Positions 25,308 to 37,153 of a stretch of DNA of 64,000 nucleotides are shown here, piece by piece (positions within the stretch are counted from its first letter, which is position 1; every line of letters starts with the position of its first letter). The stretch is from Stegostoma tigrinum (lineage: Eukaryota). The stretch covers positions 35,016,252 to 35,080,251 of the forward strand of contig NC_081378.1 of the NCBI RefSeq assembly GCF_030684315.1, read 5' to 3'. The notes beneath the pieces were generated by a model. That model was not told the origin of the DNA. It saw only the letters and a program-made list of their open reading frames with translations, and ran no database searches. A program made the position numbers and the translations under genes.

Positions 25308-26289
25308 CTGCAATGAAGACAAATCATTGAATACTACAGATGAATTTAAACCTGGAATTAATTGAATCATATATCAATCTTAGATTAAGTAATTTCAGAA
25401 CAATATTTAAACAGTAGCAGTAAGACATATATGTGGGGTTCTCGTGTCTATTGAACAGATCACTGTCTTATTTGGTCATTGATGAATATCTATCTAGTAC
25501 CAAAACCCCTCAAGTCCTGAAAGTCCAAGAGGAAGATCCATTTTACAGCCCTAAAGGAATCTGCCCAAGAGGAATTCCAAGTACAGCTCATGACCCATCT
25601 GGAAAATGTCCACATATCTAACAGTGGGATCAAATAAGGTAAGTTATAGCACATTCCTTGCCTAGACCATCGAGGTCGAACATTAACATTAACAGCAATT
25701 GTTCAAGGAAAATCATGTCGTAAATGTGACCTCTTAGATTAAAGTCGAGGAACCTACATTATTTGACAGAACAAGCAACGGTTGCAAATCAAGAAGGCAG
25801 TGTTCTAATAGCTCGAAGACAAATCTGTAAATCAAAGGAGAAGGGAAATCTTGAGATATCCGACACTATTTGATATCATGACTTACAGGATTTTTTTAAG
25901 CCACCTGGACCATCTACAGACTAAGTTCAATTGACAAAATCCCATTCACCCACAAGATGGTGTTCTTCTTCTCTGATTACAATATGATCCACCAATGCTT
26001 GACAAAACAGTTTCAGCAACTGTGAATTCACTACGGCACGAGACACTTCACAGGGGTGAATCGTCATTGATTGGAGTGTTGCATTAAGTAATCAAATTGA
26101 TGATAAACGTCAAAGTTTGTCATCCTAATGCATCACACTTTTGGTTTTCAAAGCTGGCAGACTTTACCTCACATCCAGTACTCATGTAATCATTTTACAG
26201 ATTGACAGAAAACCGAACTCTCCCTGTAACCCGACGCTCAAATAGAGACATGCATCATCAGAAATCATATATATGAAAGGAAATAAATC

Positions 26290-27060
26290 CTATTGTCCAT
26301 TGTAGGCTAAATCCTGATATGCATATTCCTGAATCTCTACTTGCTGTGGCTGAGACAATCCTCTCAGGGATAGAGTGTGGACTTCTCTGGCAACAAAATC
26401 CAAGAACAATGTCAAAAACAAGACTAGGACTTCTTCACTGCGTTCAGCAACTTGGCGAAAGCATTTGATCCAGCAAATCACAAGGCACCGTTGATTGTGT
26501 TTCAAAGCTTTGGATCTCCAAGAAGCTTCACAGTTATGCAATTGCTTCATGATGACATGGCTACAACTGTCCCGAGTGGAACTCTGAAACAATTTACACC
26601 AAAATCTGGACGGGGTCAAATAAGGTTGTGTCATAGCTCCCATACAGTTTGCAGTCTAGCCAACAGAGGCCATTCACCTCCGATGCCAGTATTCAATACT
26701 GTTTACATGAAAAACTCTAACCTCAGTTGCCACTGAATCAAAACTGACCACCATGGATATATATGGTATAAAATTTGCAGGTAATCAAATTGCAATTACG
26801 CACTCAAGACCAGGCTTGAAAGCTACTCTCAATCTCAATTCCGCATTAAGTACCTTTGCCTGTCTTTGAATGTTGCCTATCAAGACACAAATCAATGCCC
26901 ACCTGGTCAGTCAAACATTCCATCACCCATACAAGTTAAACAATGGCGGTGTATGATGGTGTGTCTGACGTCAACAAAAATCCCAACATACAAAGTGGTT
27001 GTCATTTCCATACTGCTATATTTCAGCAAGACTCTTTCTAATCCTGTGGCGTCAAATGGA
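26290..27060 (+). mobile_element. RTE-clade LINE RT relic
   Basis: QEQCQKQD*DFFTAFSNLAKAFD...QSFGSP...QLLHDDM resembles RTE RT (QEKC.EQ...AFIDL.KAFD...KFGCP...LLHD.M). Confidence 0.65.
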
Positions 27061-27085
27061 AGGCCACATATACCTTATGTATGCA

Positions 27086-27124
27086 ACGCGCGCGCACGCA
27101 CACACGCGCGCACACACACACACA
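27086..27124. repeat. Mixed (CG)n/(CA)n microsatellite
   Basis: cgcgcgcgcacgcacacacgcgcgcacacacacacaca. Confidence 0.9.
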
Positions 27125-27415
27125 ACGTTCTGGGGACCAAGGTTCGAATCCTGCCACGGCGGGTGGCGGACGTTAAATGCAGTAAATATCTGGAAGTAAG
27201 AGTCTAATGATGACCACGAATCCACTGACGACTGTAGGAAAAACCCATCTGGTTCGCTAATGTCCTTTAGGGAAGGAAACTGTCATCCTTATCTGGCCTA
27301 CATGTGACTCCAGAGTCAACCACATTGTTGTGGAGCTGAACTTTAACTTTAACAATTAGGGATGGGCAATAAATGCCACCTAACCATCCCGTGAATGAAT
27401 AACGAAGAAAAAAAA
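27125..27415 (+). mobile_element. Abundant SINE family; other copies at ~19670-19920, 30160-30485, 40985-41275, 48285-48540, 57475-57810
   Basis: Shared core aaaacccatctggttc.ctaatgtcctttagggaaggaaa.tg..catgtgactccaga with B-box-like ggttcgaatcc. Confidence 0.65.
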
Positions 27416-27864
27416 TATAAATACATGTCAGTATCTCTCTTAAGGCTGGTTCCTCAAGTCACAAGGCAAACCACTAAGAAAATCAACTACAAATGCTGTG
27501 TCTGGATGGCTAAGAACTGTTGCCCACACCAAGTGCTGTTTTCTCAACTTCCAGATAGATAATTTTCCACAGAGTAACAAAGAAAATGCTCAAAGATATC
27601 TTGAAACTCTCCTTTAAGTATGGTGATGTTGACTGGGAGCAACTTGCTATCAACCTTCAAGGTAGGTGGTCTTATGCCTCCAAGCCAGCAGTATTTGGTT
27701 CAAGTCTCAGCTCAGGACCTGTGTCACAATGCAGCTAAATGTGTTGATTATCAATCTATTAATCCTTCGCTACATCTGTGGTAGACATTAAGAGCAAGAG
27801 TAGCCAGCCGTAACTATATGGTAGTTGCAGTGCAACAGTCCCCTGCATCAACAGACTCTATGCA

Positions 27865-28800
27865 TATAGAGTCACAGAATAATAAAGCCATGCAACACAG
27901 AAACAGACTCTTTGGTCCAACTCGTCCATGTCGACCAGCTATCCTAAATTAATCTAGCCCCATTTGCCAGCATTTGGCCTAGATCCCTCTAAGCACTTCC
28001 TATTCATACACCCATCCCAATGCCTTCTAATTGTACCAGCTTCCACTACTTCCTCTGGTAATTCATTTCATTCACACATCAGCCTCTGCATGAAAAGTTG
28101 CCCCTTAAATCTTTTTAGATCTTTTCCTGCTCACCTTAAACCTGTACCCTCTAGTTTTGGACTCTGCTAGTCTGTGGAAAAGACCTTGGCTATTCACCCT
28201 ATCTATCCCCTCATGATTTTATAAACTTCTTTACAGTCACCCCTCAGCCTCCAATGCACGAGGGAAAATGGTCCCAGTCTATTCAGCCTCTCCCTATAGC
28301 TCAACCCCTCGAAACCTGGCAACATCTTTGTGAATTTTTTCTGAATCCTTTCAAGTTTCACAACATCTTTCCTATAGCACGGAGACCAGAATTGCGTGTA
28401 ATATTCCAAAACTGGCCCAACCAATTACCTATACAGCTGCAGCATGACCTCTCAACTCCTGTACTCAGTGCATTGACCAATAAAGACAAGCATACCAAAC
28501 TTCTTCACTTCTCCTGTCTACTTATTTTCAAGGAACTATTAACCTGCACGCCAAGGTCTCTTTATTCAGCAACACTCCCCAGGACCTTACCATTAAGCAT
28601 ACAAGGCCTGCCCTGATTTGCTTTTCCAAAACACAGCACGTCACGTTTATCTAAATTAAACTCCATCTGCCACTCCTCGGCCCACCTGGCCATCTGATCA
28701 AGATGCTGTTGTACTGTGAGGTAACCTTCTTGGCTGTCCCCTACACCACTAATTTTGGTGTCCCTTACTTCCTATGTTCACATCCAAATTGTTTATATAA
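27865..28800 (-). mobile_element. CR1 LINE 3' fragment
   Basis: LEYYTQFWSPCYRKDVVKLERIQKKFTKMLPGFEGLSYRERLNRLG. Boundaries approximate. Confidence 0.85.
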
Positions 28801-29796
28801 ATGATATGTAGGTTCTGGCCATGAGAAGGCATCATCTTTGTTCTGAGATACACCAGTCATGCAAAATAGCAACAACTTGGTCATCAAGCTGTATCACACT
28901 TTGGGTCAGACAAGGCACAGCAGTGGCAGACAAGGTAAGTAGTAGTAAAAGCTGCATTCTGGAATTCAGTACCTTGTGTGATTCCTGCCTGAGATATCCA
29001 AACATCTGTGGGTCACAAAAATGGCCAAGTGACACAGAACTCATGGAAGAAACTAGTGGCCCTGACTGGACATTGTCTACAAATTGAGGAAGAGCCATTT
29101 ATGCCCAGCAAAATGGGATTAGATACAAATGAAGTTTCTCAGATTTTGAAGAAAATCTTTTGGTAATGCCATTCATTTAGATTCATTGAGTTTTTGTAGC
29201 TTCTCGTTAATACTGCAGTGTCACAAACACTGTCACACCCAGTCAAACACATTGTCAGACAATGGGTAAGATGAGAAGAAAAGTACTTGTCTGATAAGAC
29301 TCGCAGCTTTGAGTGATTGTTTTGCAAAGTTAAGAGCAACTTGTATGAGTTAAATTGAGGAGGACAATTATGCTGGAAAATGTACAACAAACGAGAGTGA
29401 CATCTCCCCCGTTTCTCTGTTCTAGCTTACCATCACAGTAAAATAACAGAGCTTTCAAGCTGTTAAAATTTTGGATTTTTGTTCAAAGAACAATTAATGA
29501 TGAGTGTGTAAAGCAAAGGAACTATGTTCTGCAACATTTATATGAAAATTTAGCTAGTTTCCGACAAATTCACACAAATTTGTTTCTTCCTATGTTAGGA
29601 AGATACCACGAAATCAATATTATGATAACTGTTCCATCTCCTACGCTGTGAAGAAGGGTCTCACTGTAAAAAATTTTTACCTATTTTATTAATCCTAGCT
29701 GTATAAGAGCTGCCTCATTTCAACATGAACATTTGTGTAAAATCATGCAATTATAAACCTAATATACTCTTGCATTTTTATCACTAAAGTATTTAC

Positions 29797-29919
29797 CTTA
29801 TCTTAATTGAGACTGAAAAATTAGGATGTTCCACTTGATTCCTGACCTGACGCACCATGTCCTGAACCAATTCTGGTTTATTTATTAGGCAAGCACCATA
29901 TCCTTCTGCTATTGCCCAC
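29797..29919 (-). CDS. DUS4L: DUS4L coding exon 4
   Basis: ctaacag|G TGG GCA...AAG ATA AG|gtaaat; WAIAEGYGACLINKPELVQDMVRQVRNQVEHPNFSVSIKIR; 123 nt; phases compatible with neighbours. Absent from the ORF track. Confidence 0.95.
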
Positions 29920-30019
29920 CTGTTAGAAAATTTAAATGTGCATTATGCATACTGCAATATCAATGAAATACAAAATAGCTGAAAAGTTGATAGATGTGTC
30001 TCACAAATTGTCTTTTCTT

Positions 30020-31150
30020 TAAATGCAACAGTAGATGGAGTAAAATGAGGGAAAATGAGGTTATTCACTTTAGCAGGAACAATAGAAGAGCTGAATACTA
30101 CTTAAATGACAATTGACTGCAGAAAGCTGCAGCACAGAGAGTTTTGGAGGTCCCAGTGCACTATGCAATGGCCTATTGATCATTCATCCAGAGACCAGAT
30201 AATGTTCTGGGGAACCAGGTCTGAATCCTGCCAGGGCAGATGGTGGTATCTGAATTCATTGTAAATCTGGAATCAAGAGTCTAATGATAACTACAAAACT
30301 ATTGTTGAATGTCAGAAAACTTCACTTTGTTCACATGTCATTTCAGGAATGTAACTGTTGTCCTTAACTTGTCTAGCTTACAAGTGACTCCAGGCTCAGA
30401 GCATTGTGTTGACATTTAACTGCCCTCTGGGCAAGTAATACTGACCTAAGTAGTGTTGTCCACATCCAGTGAATGAATTTTTAAAAACATCTCAACATGC
30501 TACCATCCAAGTTCAGTAGGTAATATAGAAGGCAAATGGAATGATGGCCTTTATTTCAAAGGGCACGGAATATAAAATAATCTTGCTAAAACTATACGAG
30601 ACACTGGTCAAACTACAGATGGAATGTTGTGAACAAGATCTGGTCCCATTATCCTAGCAAAGATATACTAACGTTGAAAGCAGTTGACAGAACACTCACT
30701 AGGTTGATCCCAGATATGGGGGATTTCTTCGGAGAGATTCGAGTAGGTGGACTTGTACAAGTTAGAATTTAGGAGAATGAGAGGAGACCTAACTGAAACA
30801 TAAGATTCTCAGGAGATTTACAGGGTAGATGTAAACAAGTTGTTTCCTCCTGTGGGAGAATCTAGGATCACAGGACACAATCTCAGAGTAAGGAGTCACT
30901 ATTTAAGACAGATACAAGGAGAATTCTTTTTCTCTCAGAAGGTGAAGATGGAATTCTTTACTACAGACAGCTGTCACTGCCACTTAAGTATATTCAAGGT
31001 TGAAATACAAAGTTTTTACTTAATAAGGGAATCAAGGCTATGGGGAAAAGGACGGAACGTCAAGTTGATGATTGTCAGATCAGCCATTATTTTATTGGAT
31101 AGCGGAGTGGAGCTGGTGGGCTGAATGGCGTATTTCTGCTCCTATATTTT
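30020..31150 (+). mobile_element. CR1 LINE 3' fragment interrupted by a SINE (~30160-30485)
   Basis: FPPVGESRITGHNLRVR-type CR1 C-terminus. Boundaries approximate. Confidence 0.7.
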
Positions 31151-31379
31151 ATAACCATACATTAAAGCAAAGTAATAGATTGCACACATTTGTAATACGT
31201 AGAACAGAAACAACATTTAAAAACAACTGGAAGCAAAGTCAAAAGGCAACACAAAACTAAAAACAGCAATACAAATTCTTGTGATAATGGGAACTGCAGA
31301 TGCTGGAAAATCCAAGATAATAAAATGTGAGGCTGGATGAACACAGCCGGCCCAGCAGCATCTCAGGACCACAAAAGCT

Positions 31380-31407
31380 GACGTTTCGGGCCTGGACCCT
31401 TCATCAG
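31380..31407 (-). ncRNA. Minimal hammerhead ribozyme motif (sense to DUS4L pre-mRNA)
   Basis: Reverse complement = ctgatgaagggtccaggcccgaaacgtc. Confidence 0.72.
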
Positions 31408-33462
31408 AGAGGGGGATGGGGTGAGGGTTCTGGAATAAATAGGGAGAGAGGGGGGTGGGGGGCGGACCGAAGATGGAAAGAAAAGAAGATAGGTGGAGAG
31501 GAGAGTATAGGTGGGGAGGTAGGGAAGGGATAGGTCAGTCCAGGGAAGACGGACTGGTCAAGGAGGTGGGAAGAGGTTAGTAGGTAAGAGATGGAGGTGC
31601 GGCTTGGGGTGGGAGGAAGGGATGGGTAAGAGGATGAACAGGTTAGGGAGGCAGAGACAGGTTGGACTAGTTGTGGGATGCAGTGGGTGGAGGGGAAGAG
31701 CTGGGATTGTTGTGTTCTGCAGTGGGGGGAGGGGACGAACTGGGCTGGTTTTGGGATGCGGTGGGGGAAGGGGAGATTTTGAAGCTGGTGAAGTCCACAT
31801 TGATACCATTGGGCTGCAGGGTTCCCAAGCGGAATATGAGTTGCTGTTCCTGCAACCTTCAGGTGGCATCATTGTGGCACTGCAGGAGGCCCATGATGGA
31901 CATGTCATCTAAAGAATGGGAGGGGGAGTGGAAATGGTTTGCGACTGGGAGGTGCAGTTGTTTGTTGCAAACTGAGCGGAGGTGTTCTGCAAAGCGGTCC
32001 GCAAGCCTCCGCTTGGTTTCCCCAACGTAGAGAAAGCCACACCGGGTACAGTGGATGCAGTATACCACATTGGCAGATGTGCAGGTGAACCTCTGCTTGA
32101 TATGGAAAGTCATCTTGGGGCCTGGGATAAGGGTGAGGGAGGAGATGTGGGGGCAAATGTAGCATTTCCTGAGGTTGCAGGGGAAGGTGCCGGGTGTGGT
32201 GGGGTTGGAGGGCAGTGTGGAGCGAACAAGGGAGTCACGGAGAGAGTGGTCTCTCCGGAAAGCAGACAACGGCGGGGATGGAAAAATGTCTTGGGTGGTG
32301 GGGTTGGACTGTAGATGGCGGAAGTGTCTGAGGATGATGCGTTGTATCTGGAGGTTGGTGGGGTGGTGTGTGAGAACGAGGGGGATCCTCTTTGGGCGGT
32401 TGTGGCGGGGGGTGGGGTGTGAGGGATGTGTTGCGGGAAACGTGGTCAAGGGCGTTCTCGACCACTGTGGGGGGAAAGTTGCGGTCTTTGAAGTACTTGG
32501 ACATCTCGGATGTGCGGGAGTGGAATGCCTCATCGTGGGAGCAGATGCAGCAGAGGAATTGGGAATAGGGGATGGAATTTTTGCAGGAGGGTGGGTGGGA
32601 GGAGGTGTATTCTAGGTAGCTGTGTGAGTCGGTGGGCTTGAAATGGACATCAGTTACAAGCTGGTTGCCTGAGATGGAGACTGAGAGGTCCAGGAAGGTG
32701 GGGGATGTGCTGGAGATGGCCCAGGTGAACTGAAGGTTGGTGTGGAAGGTGTTGGTGAAGTGGATGAACTGTTTGAGCTCCTCTGGGGAGCAAGAGGCGG
32801 CGCCGATACAGTCATCAATGTAACGGAGGAAGAGGTGGGGTTTGGGGCCTGTGTTGGTGCGGAAGAGGGACTGGTGCACGTAACCTACAAAGAGGCAGGC
32901 ATAGCTGGGGCCTATGGCCACCCCCTACACCTACAACCTACTACAACTACATCTCCCAGTCGCAAACCATTTCCACTCCGCCTCCCATTCTTTAGATGAC
33001 ATGTCCATCATGGGCCTCCTGCAGTGCCACAATGATGCCACCCGAAGGTTGCAGGAACAGCAACTCATATTCCACTTGGGAACCCTGCAGCCCAATGGTA
33101 TCAATGTGGACTTCACCAGCTTCAAAATCTTCCCTTCCTCCACTGCATCCCAAAACCAGCCCAGTTCGTCCCCTCCCCTCACTGCACCACGCAACCAGCC
33201 CAGCTCTTCCCCTCCACCCAATGCATCCCAAAACCAGTCCAACCTGTCTCTGCCTCCCTAACCTGTTCTTCCTCTCACCCATCCCTTCCTCCCACCCCAA
33301 GCCGCACCCCCATCTACCTACTAACCTCATCCCACCTCCTTGACCTGTCCGTCTTCCCTGGACTGACCTATCCCCTCCCTACCTATCTTCTTTTCTCTCC
33401 ATCTTCGGTCTGCCTCCCCCTCTCTCCCTATTTATTCCAGAACCCTCACCCCATCCCCCTCT

Positions 33463-33490
33463 CTGATGAGGGGTCCAGGCCCGAAACGTC
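33463..33490 (+). ncRNA. Minimal hammerhead ribozyme motif
   Basis: ctgatgaggggtccaggcccgaaacgtc. Confidence 0.68.
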
Positions 33491-34689
33491 AGCTTTTGTG
33501 GTCCTGAGATGCTGCTGGGCCTGCTGTGTTCATCCAGCCTCACATTTTAGTACCAATTCTTGTTCAGGGTTCTGAAGAACAGTCTCATTTGACTCAAAAT
33601 GTTAAGTGTGTTTCTCTCTCTTCAGCACTTTCCAATTTTATTTTTCATAAAAGTAAAGATGTCATGCTGAAGCTATACAGGATACTGATGAGATAACATC
33701 TCAAATACCTTGTGCAGTTTTGGTCTCCTTACTTAAGCATCTAAATGCTTGGGAGATGTTGAGTGTAGATTGATACCTGGAATGAGGACGTTGCTTTTTG
33801 AGGAAAGGAGGTAGCTGGGTTTGTTTTCACTGAACTTTAGAAACAGCAAGGGATGATATGACTGAAGTTTATAAAATCGAGACTAGTCTTTATAAAGTGG
33901 ACATGGAAAGGATGTTTACTCTTGTCAGTGAATCAAGAGTAAGAGGACACAGTTTTGAAATGAATGGTTGCTCTTTTAGGACAAAGATGAAGGGAGATTT
34001 TTTCTGAGGGTTATGCAACTTTGTAACTCTCCGCCTTGGAAGGCATTGGAGGCGATGTCATTGGATATTTTTAAGGCAAATGTAGACTGGGTTCTTATCA
34101 GGTTGTGGATATTGGAGCTAATTGGGAATGTGGAATTCAGAACAGAATTGAAAAGCCTGCTTACGTTCTCAATTCATAAGAATGTTTAGCAAAAAAACTG
34201 GTGAAACATTGGCCTTTTTAACTAGAAGACAAGACAATAATGAATGATGAAGTCATGACTCAAGTGTACACAGCTCTGGTTAGAATACTAAGATCTGGGC
34301 ACTACATTTGGGAAGGATATTGGTTTTGTAGAGAGTGCAACACCTCATCTCTACGGGTTCTATTACAGCCATATTTAGAAGGCTAAATGGTGATTTGATT
34401 AAAATTTCAACATATAAAAGAAAACAAATAAGATGTGGGGAGAAAAAAATATTTCTGCTTGTTGAAAAATCTAGCACTGGGTTAACTGTCTAAAATAAAA
34501 AGGGCCAAACGCTAAAAGCCAAAGAGTAAAAGTTTTAACTCTATTCCACAAGCAGCAGTACATGCGCAATTAACGCTCTTTTAAAATCTGAGATTTTGGC
34601 TTCAGGGATACGTGGAAAAGTTGGGCAAAATCGCATCTAGTCATAGATCAGTCATGACATTGCTGAATGTTGGAACACTGTCAGCTGTG

Positions 34690-35065
34690 CTTCAGCTGCT
34701 AGCACTCCATCAAGGTTCTGTTCAAGTCCCACTCCAAGATGTGAGCATGAAAAATCAAGTTTGACACTGCAGTGCAGTGCGGAGTGATCACTGCACTGTT
34801 ACAGATGCTGTCCTTTGGTTGAGGTATCAAAGAAAGACGCTCTCCACCCACACATATGGGCACAAAAAATATTATGCCACTATTTGGAAGAAGAGCAGGA
34901 ATCATTCCCAGGTTCCTGGCCAATATTTGTAACTCAATAAACATCACAAAACAGAATTGCGGCTTGTGAATATATCCTGTTTGTGGTAGTTTGCTGAGCA
35001 GATTTCCTACATTGCAACAGTGACTATATTCCACAAGTGTTTAATTGGCTGTAAAGCACAAAGGT
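34690..35065 (+). mobile_element. Deu-domain SINE-like relic (SacSINE1/AmnSINE1-like)
   Basis: B-box-like gttcaagtcc followed by cactatttggaagaagagcagg...cctggccaatattt, resembling the Deu core as I recall it. Confidence 0.55.
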
Positions 35066-35206
35066 GCTTGCCGTAAAAAGCACTTTTTTTTTCTATATTT
35101 CAAATAGACCTGAGCTGAATTGCTAACTTCTGTTACTAGATTCCTGTAAATAACATAACTTTCAGCATTTACAGAAGCAAAATGATTATTCTTATGTTTA
35201 TCCTAC

Positions 35207-35324
35207 CTTTGTGGACAACCACAATTCAAATCAACACCATCTGCAAACGGAGAAACTATACAAGCAGCATCAGCTAGATCTTGCGATCGATTAGCAGCAA
35301 ACTGCACAACCAGAGGATGATCAA
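35207..35324 (-). CDS. DUS4L: DUS4L coding exon 3 (catalytic NCGCP motif)
   Basis: tgacag|TT GAT CAT...CCA CAA AG|gtagga; DHPLVVQFAANRSQDLADAACIVSPFADGVDLNCGCPQR; 118 nt. Confidence 0.95.
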
Positions 35325-36133
35325 CTGTCAAAATAAAGTGTGTGACATGTCATTGTAGAATTTTCTTTAGACTATTTCAGTCAAGTTTAAGTTGTTTCTA
35401 CCTCCTTTGGTTTGGCAGCTGACCCAGCAATCTTCTGTACTAAGAATGTAATTAAGTTGTGCCCCAAACTTGATAAACACTGAAGACTCTGACTGGTGAT
35501 TAGTTCAACCTGTAATACCACGTTGGAATATCAACACTTTTAACAGGAACTCGTCCAACAGAGCAGGCGTCCACATTAGAAGGGCGTAGACTGGAGACCC
35601 ACTCACAAGAGAACAAGTCAGCAGAGATGGGATATTAATTGAAACATAAATGTCAGTCAGCATACATACTAGATGAACTCCCTTCCTCTTTCGTATATAG
35701 TGACGAAGGACAGTGACTGAATTTAGCTATCTCATTGAAGATGGGTTCAAAAGCCTATATATTATTAACAGAAGGCCCCAAATGGAGCTGGTATTTGTAT
35801 TAAAAAGTACTGCAGGTTGAGTGTGGCATGATAAGCATGTAGAAAATGTCGTTAGCGGTGTGTGGAGTTGAAGCTCGAATAAATACCAGCAGCTGTAATT
35901 CAAGTCCTATTTTCAGGCACAATGCGCAACCAAACTTAAATGAAACAGAGAACTGCAGGTACTGGAAATCTGAAACAAAACAGAATTCACTAGAGAAACT
36001 CAAGGGGTCTGATAGAATCTGTGGAGATAAAGCAGAATTAATGGTTTGGGTCCAGTGACCTTTCTTCAGAATTCAGAGGATTCTGCAGGGTCACTGGACT
36101 GGAAATGTTGGCTCTGCATTCTCTTCACAGATG

Positions 36134-36490
36134 TGGAAGCGCTTGTGTTAGACTGGGGTAGGCAAGGTCAGAAATCACATGGCCCAGGTTTATAGTCCAA
36201 CAGGTTTATTTGAAAACACAAGCTTTCGGAGCCTTGGTGCTTCTTCAGGTGTTAGTGAGAGGGGTAGAATCAGACACAGAACTTAATAGTAAAAGGTCAA
36301 AGTTTCACACCATTGTCGAGAATGTACTAAACAAACTTAAGATGCTGTTAAATCTTTAATCAGTTAGAAAGTTTTAATTGACTAATATGTATATGTAAAT
36401 CCCTGAATTCCTTTCAAGTCACAATCCTGAGAGAACTGAAGGTTTTATCACTGTAAAGAAGGGGTGACATTTTAGGTCAGACATTGCATG
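36134..36490 (-). mobile_element. Third PLE-like 3' fragment nested in an older palindromic relic (~35940-36545)
   Basis: 15-bp TSD ttctcttcacagatg at 36119-36133 and 36491-36505; minus-strand CTGAAGA...GAAAGCTT motif at 36220-36248; related pieces at ~16708-16830 and ~50490-50620. Confidence 0.65.
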
Positions 36491-36821
36491 TTCTCTTCAC
36501 AGATGCTGTCAGATCTGCTGAGATTCTCCAACAATTTGTTTTGGTACAATTAAAGTTAGTGTACAATATTGATGAGAAAAATATGTATGCTTTTAAGCTC
36601 TAGAAATATATTTCCGACTCCTTTAAAATAATTTAAGATACATAGTACATTGTATTCAGTGGGAAAAAAAAATCAAACAAATAACACTTTTGCTCAAACG
36701 GCATATTCAGCAAGCTGGAATTGGACAGAAAACCTTACTTTTGAAAAGCTAGAGAGTGTTGATTAGCTTGTTATAGCATTGACCATACGTAAAACAGCTG
36801 CAATTCAAAGATATACATTAC

Positions 36822-36943
36822 CACAATTTGTTGTAAATTCACTATCTCTGGCCTTGCCGGATCTCAGGAAGGCAGACGCAACGATCATTGGGGTAAAACA
36901 CAGCTCACAGTCATACTTTCTGACAAGTGATCGAAATGCCAAC
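36822..36943 (-). CDS. DUS4L: DUS4L coding exon 2
   Basis: gttcag|G TTG GCA...AAT TGT G|gtaatg; LAFRSLVRKYDCELCFTPMIVASAFLRSGKARDSEFTTNC; 122 nt. Confidence 0.95.
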
Positions 36944-37043
36944 CTGAACAATAATGGCAGAAATATCTTTGAGTTCTTATGACAAACAAAGGTATGTAAT
37001 GAATGATGAAACATTGTCGCCACGAGACAATCATATCACTCAC

Positions 37044-37153
37044 TTTGAATATCGTACCATAGGGGCACAAATCTTCACAACGTGACCGGGCTGGAACAAA
37101 TCGACCAGGCATCTTCGTTGCCAGGATCCGGAGGAAAAGTATTCACCGCTCAT
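37044..37153 (-). CDS. DUS4L: DUS4L coding exon 1
   Basis: ATG AGC GGT...TAT TCA AA|gtgagt; MSGEYFSSGSWQRRCLVDLFQPGHVVKICAPMVRYSK with the Dus APMV motif; 110 nt. The six exons sum to 948 nt in one frame. Exact start codon is inferred. Confidence 0.88.

Larger units (their letters stand above)
31283..33548 (-). mobile_element. Penelope-like retroelement of the same family, with inverted arm, in a DUS4L intron
   Basis: RT (PSYACLFVGYV...LRYIDDC) and GIY-YIG (LYVGET..RFAEH) on minus with frameshifts; inverted 3' arm ~32940-33548; imperfect 15-bp TSD aatacaaattcttgt (31268-31282) / agtaccaattcttgt (33549-33563). Confidence 0.92.
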
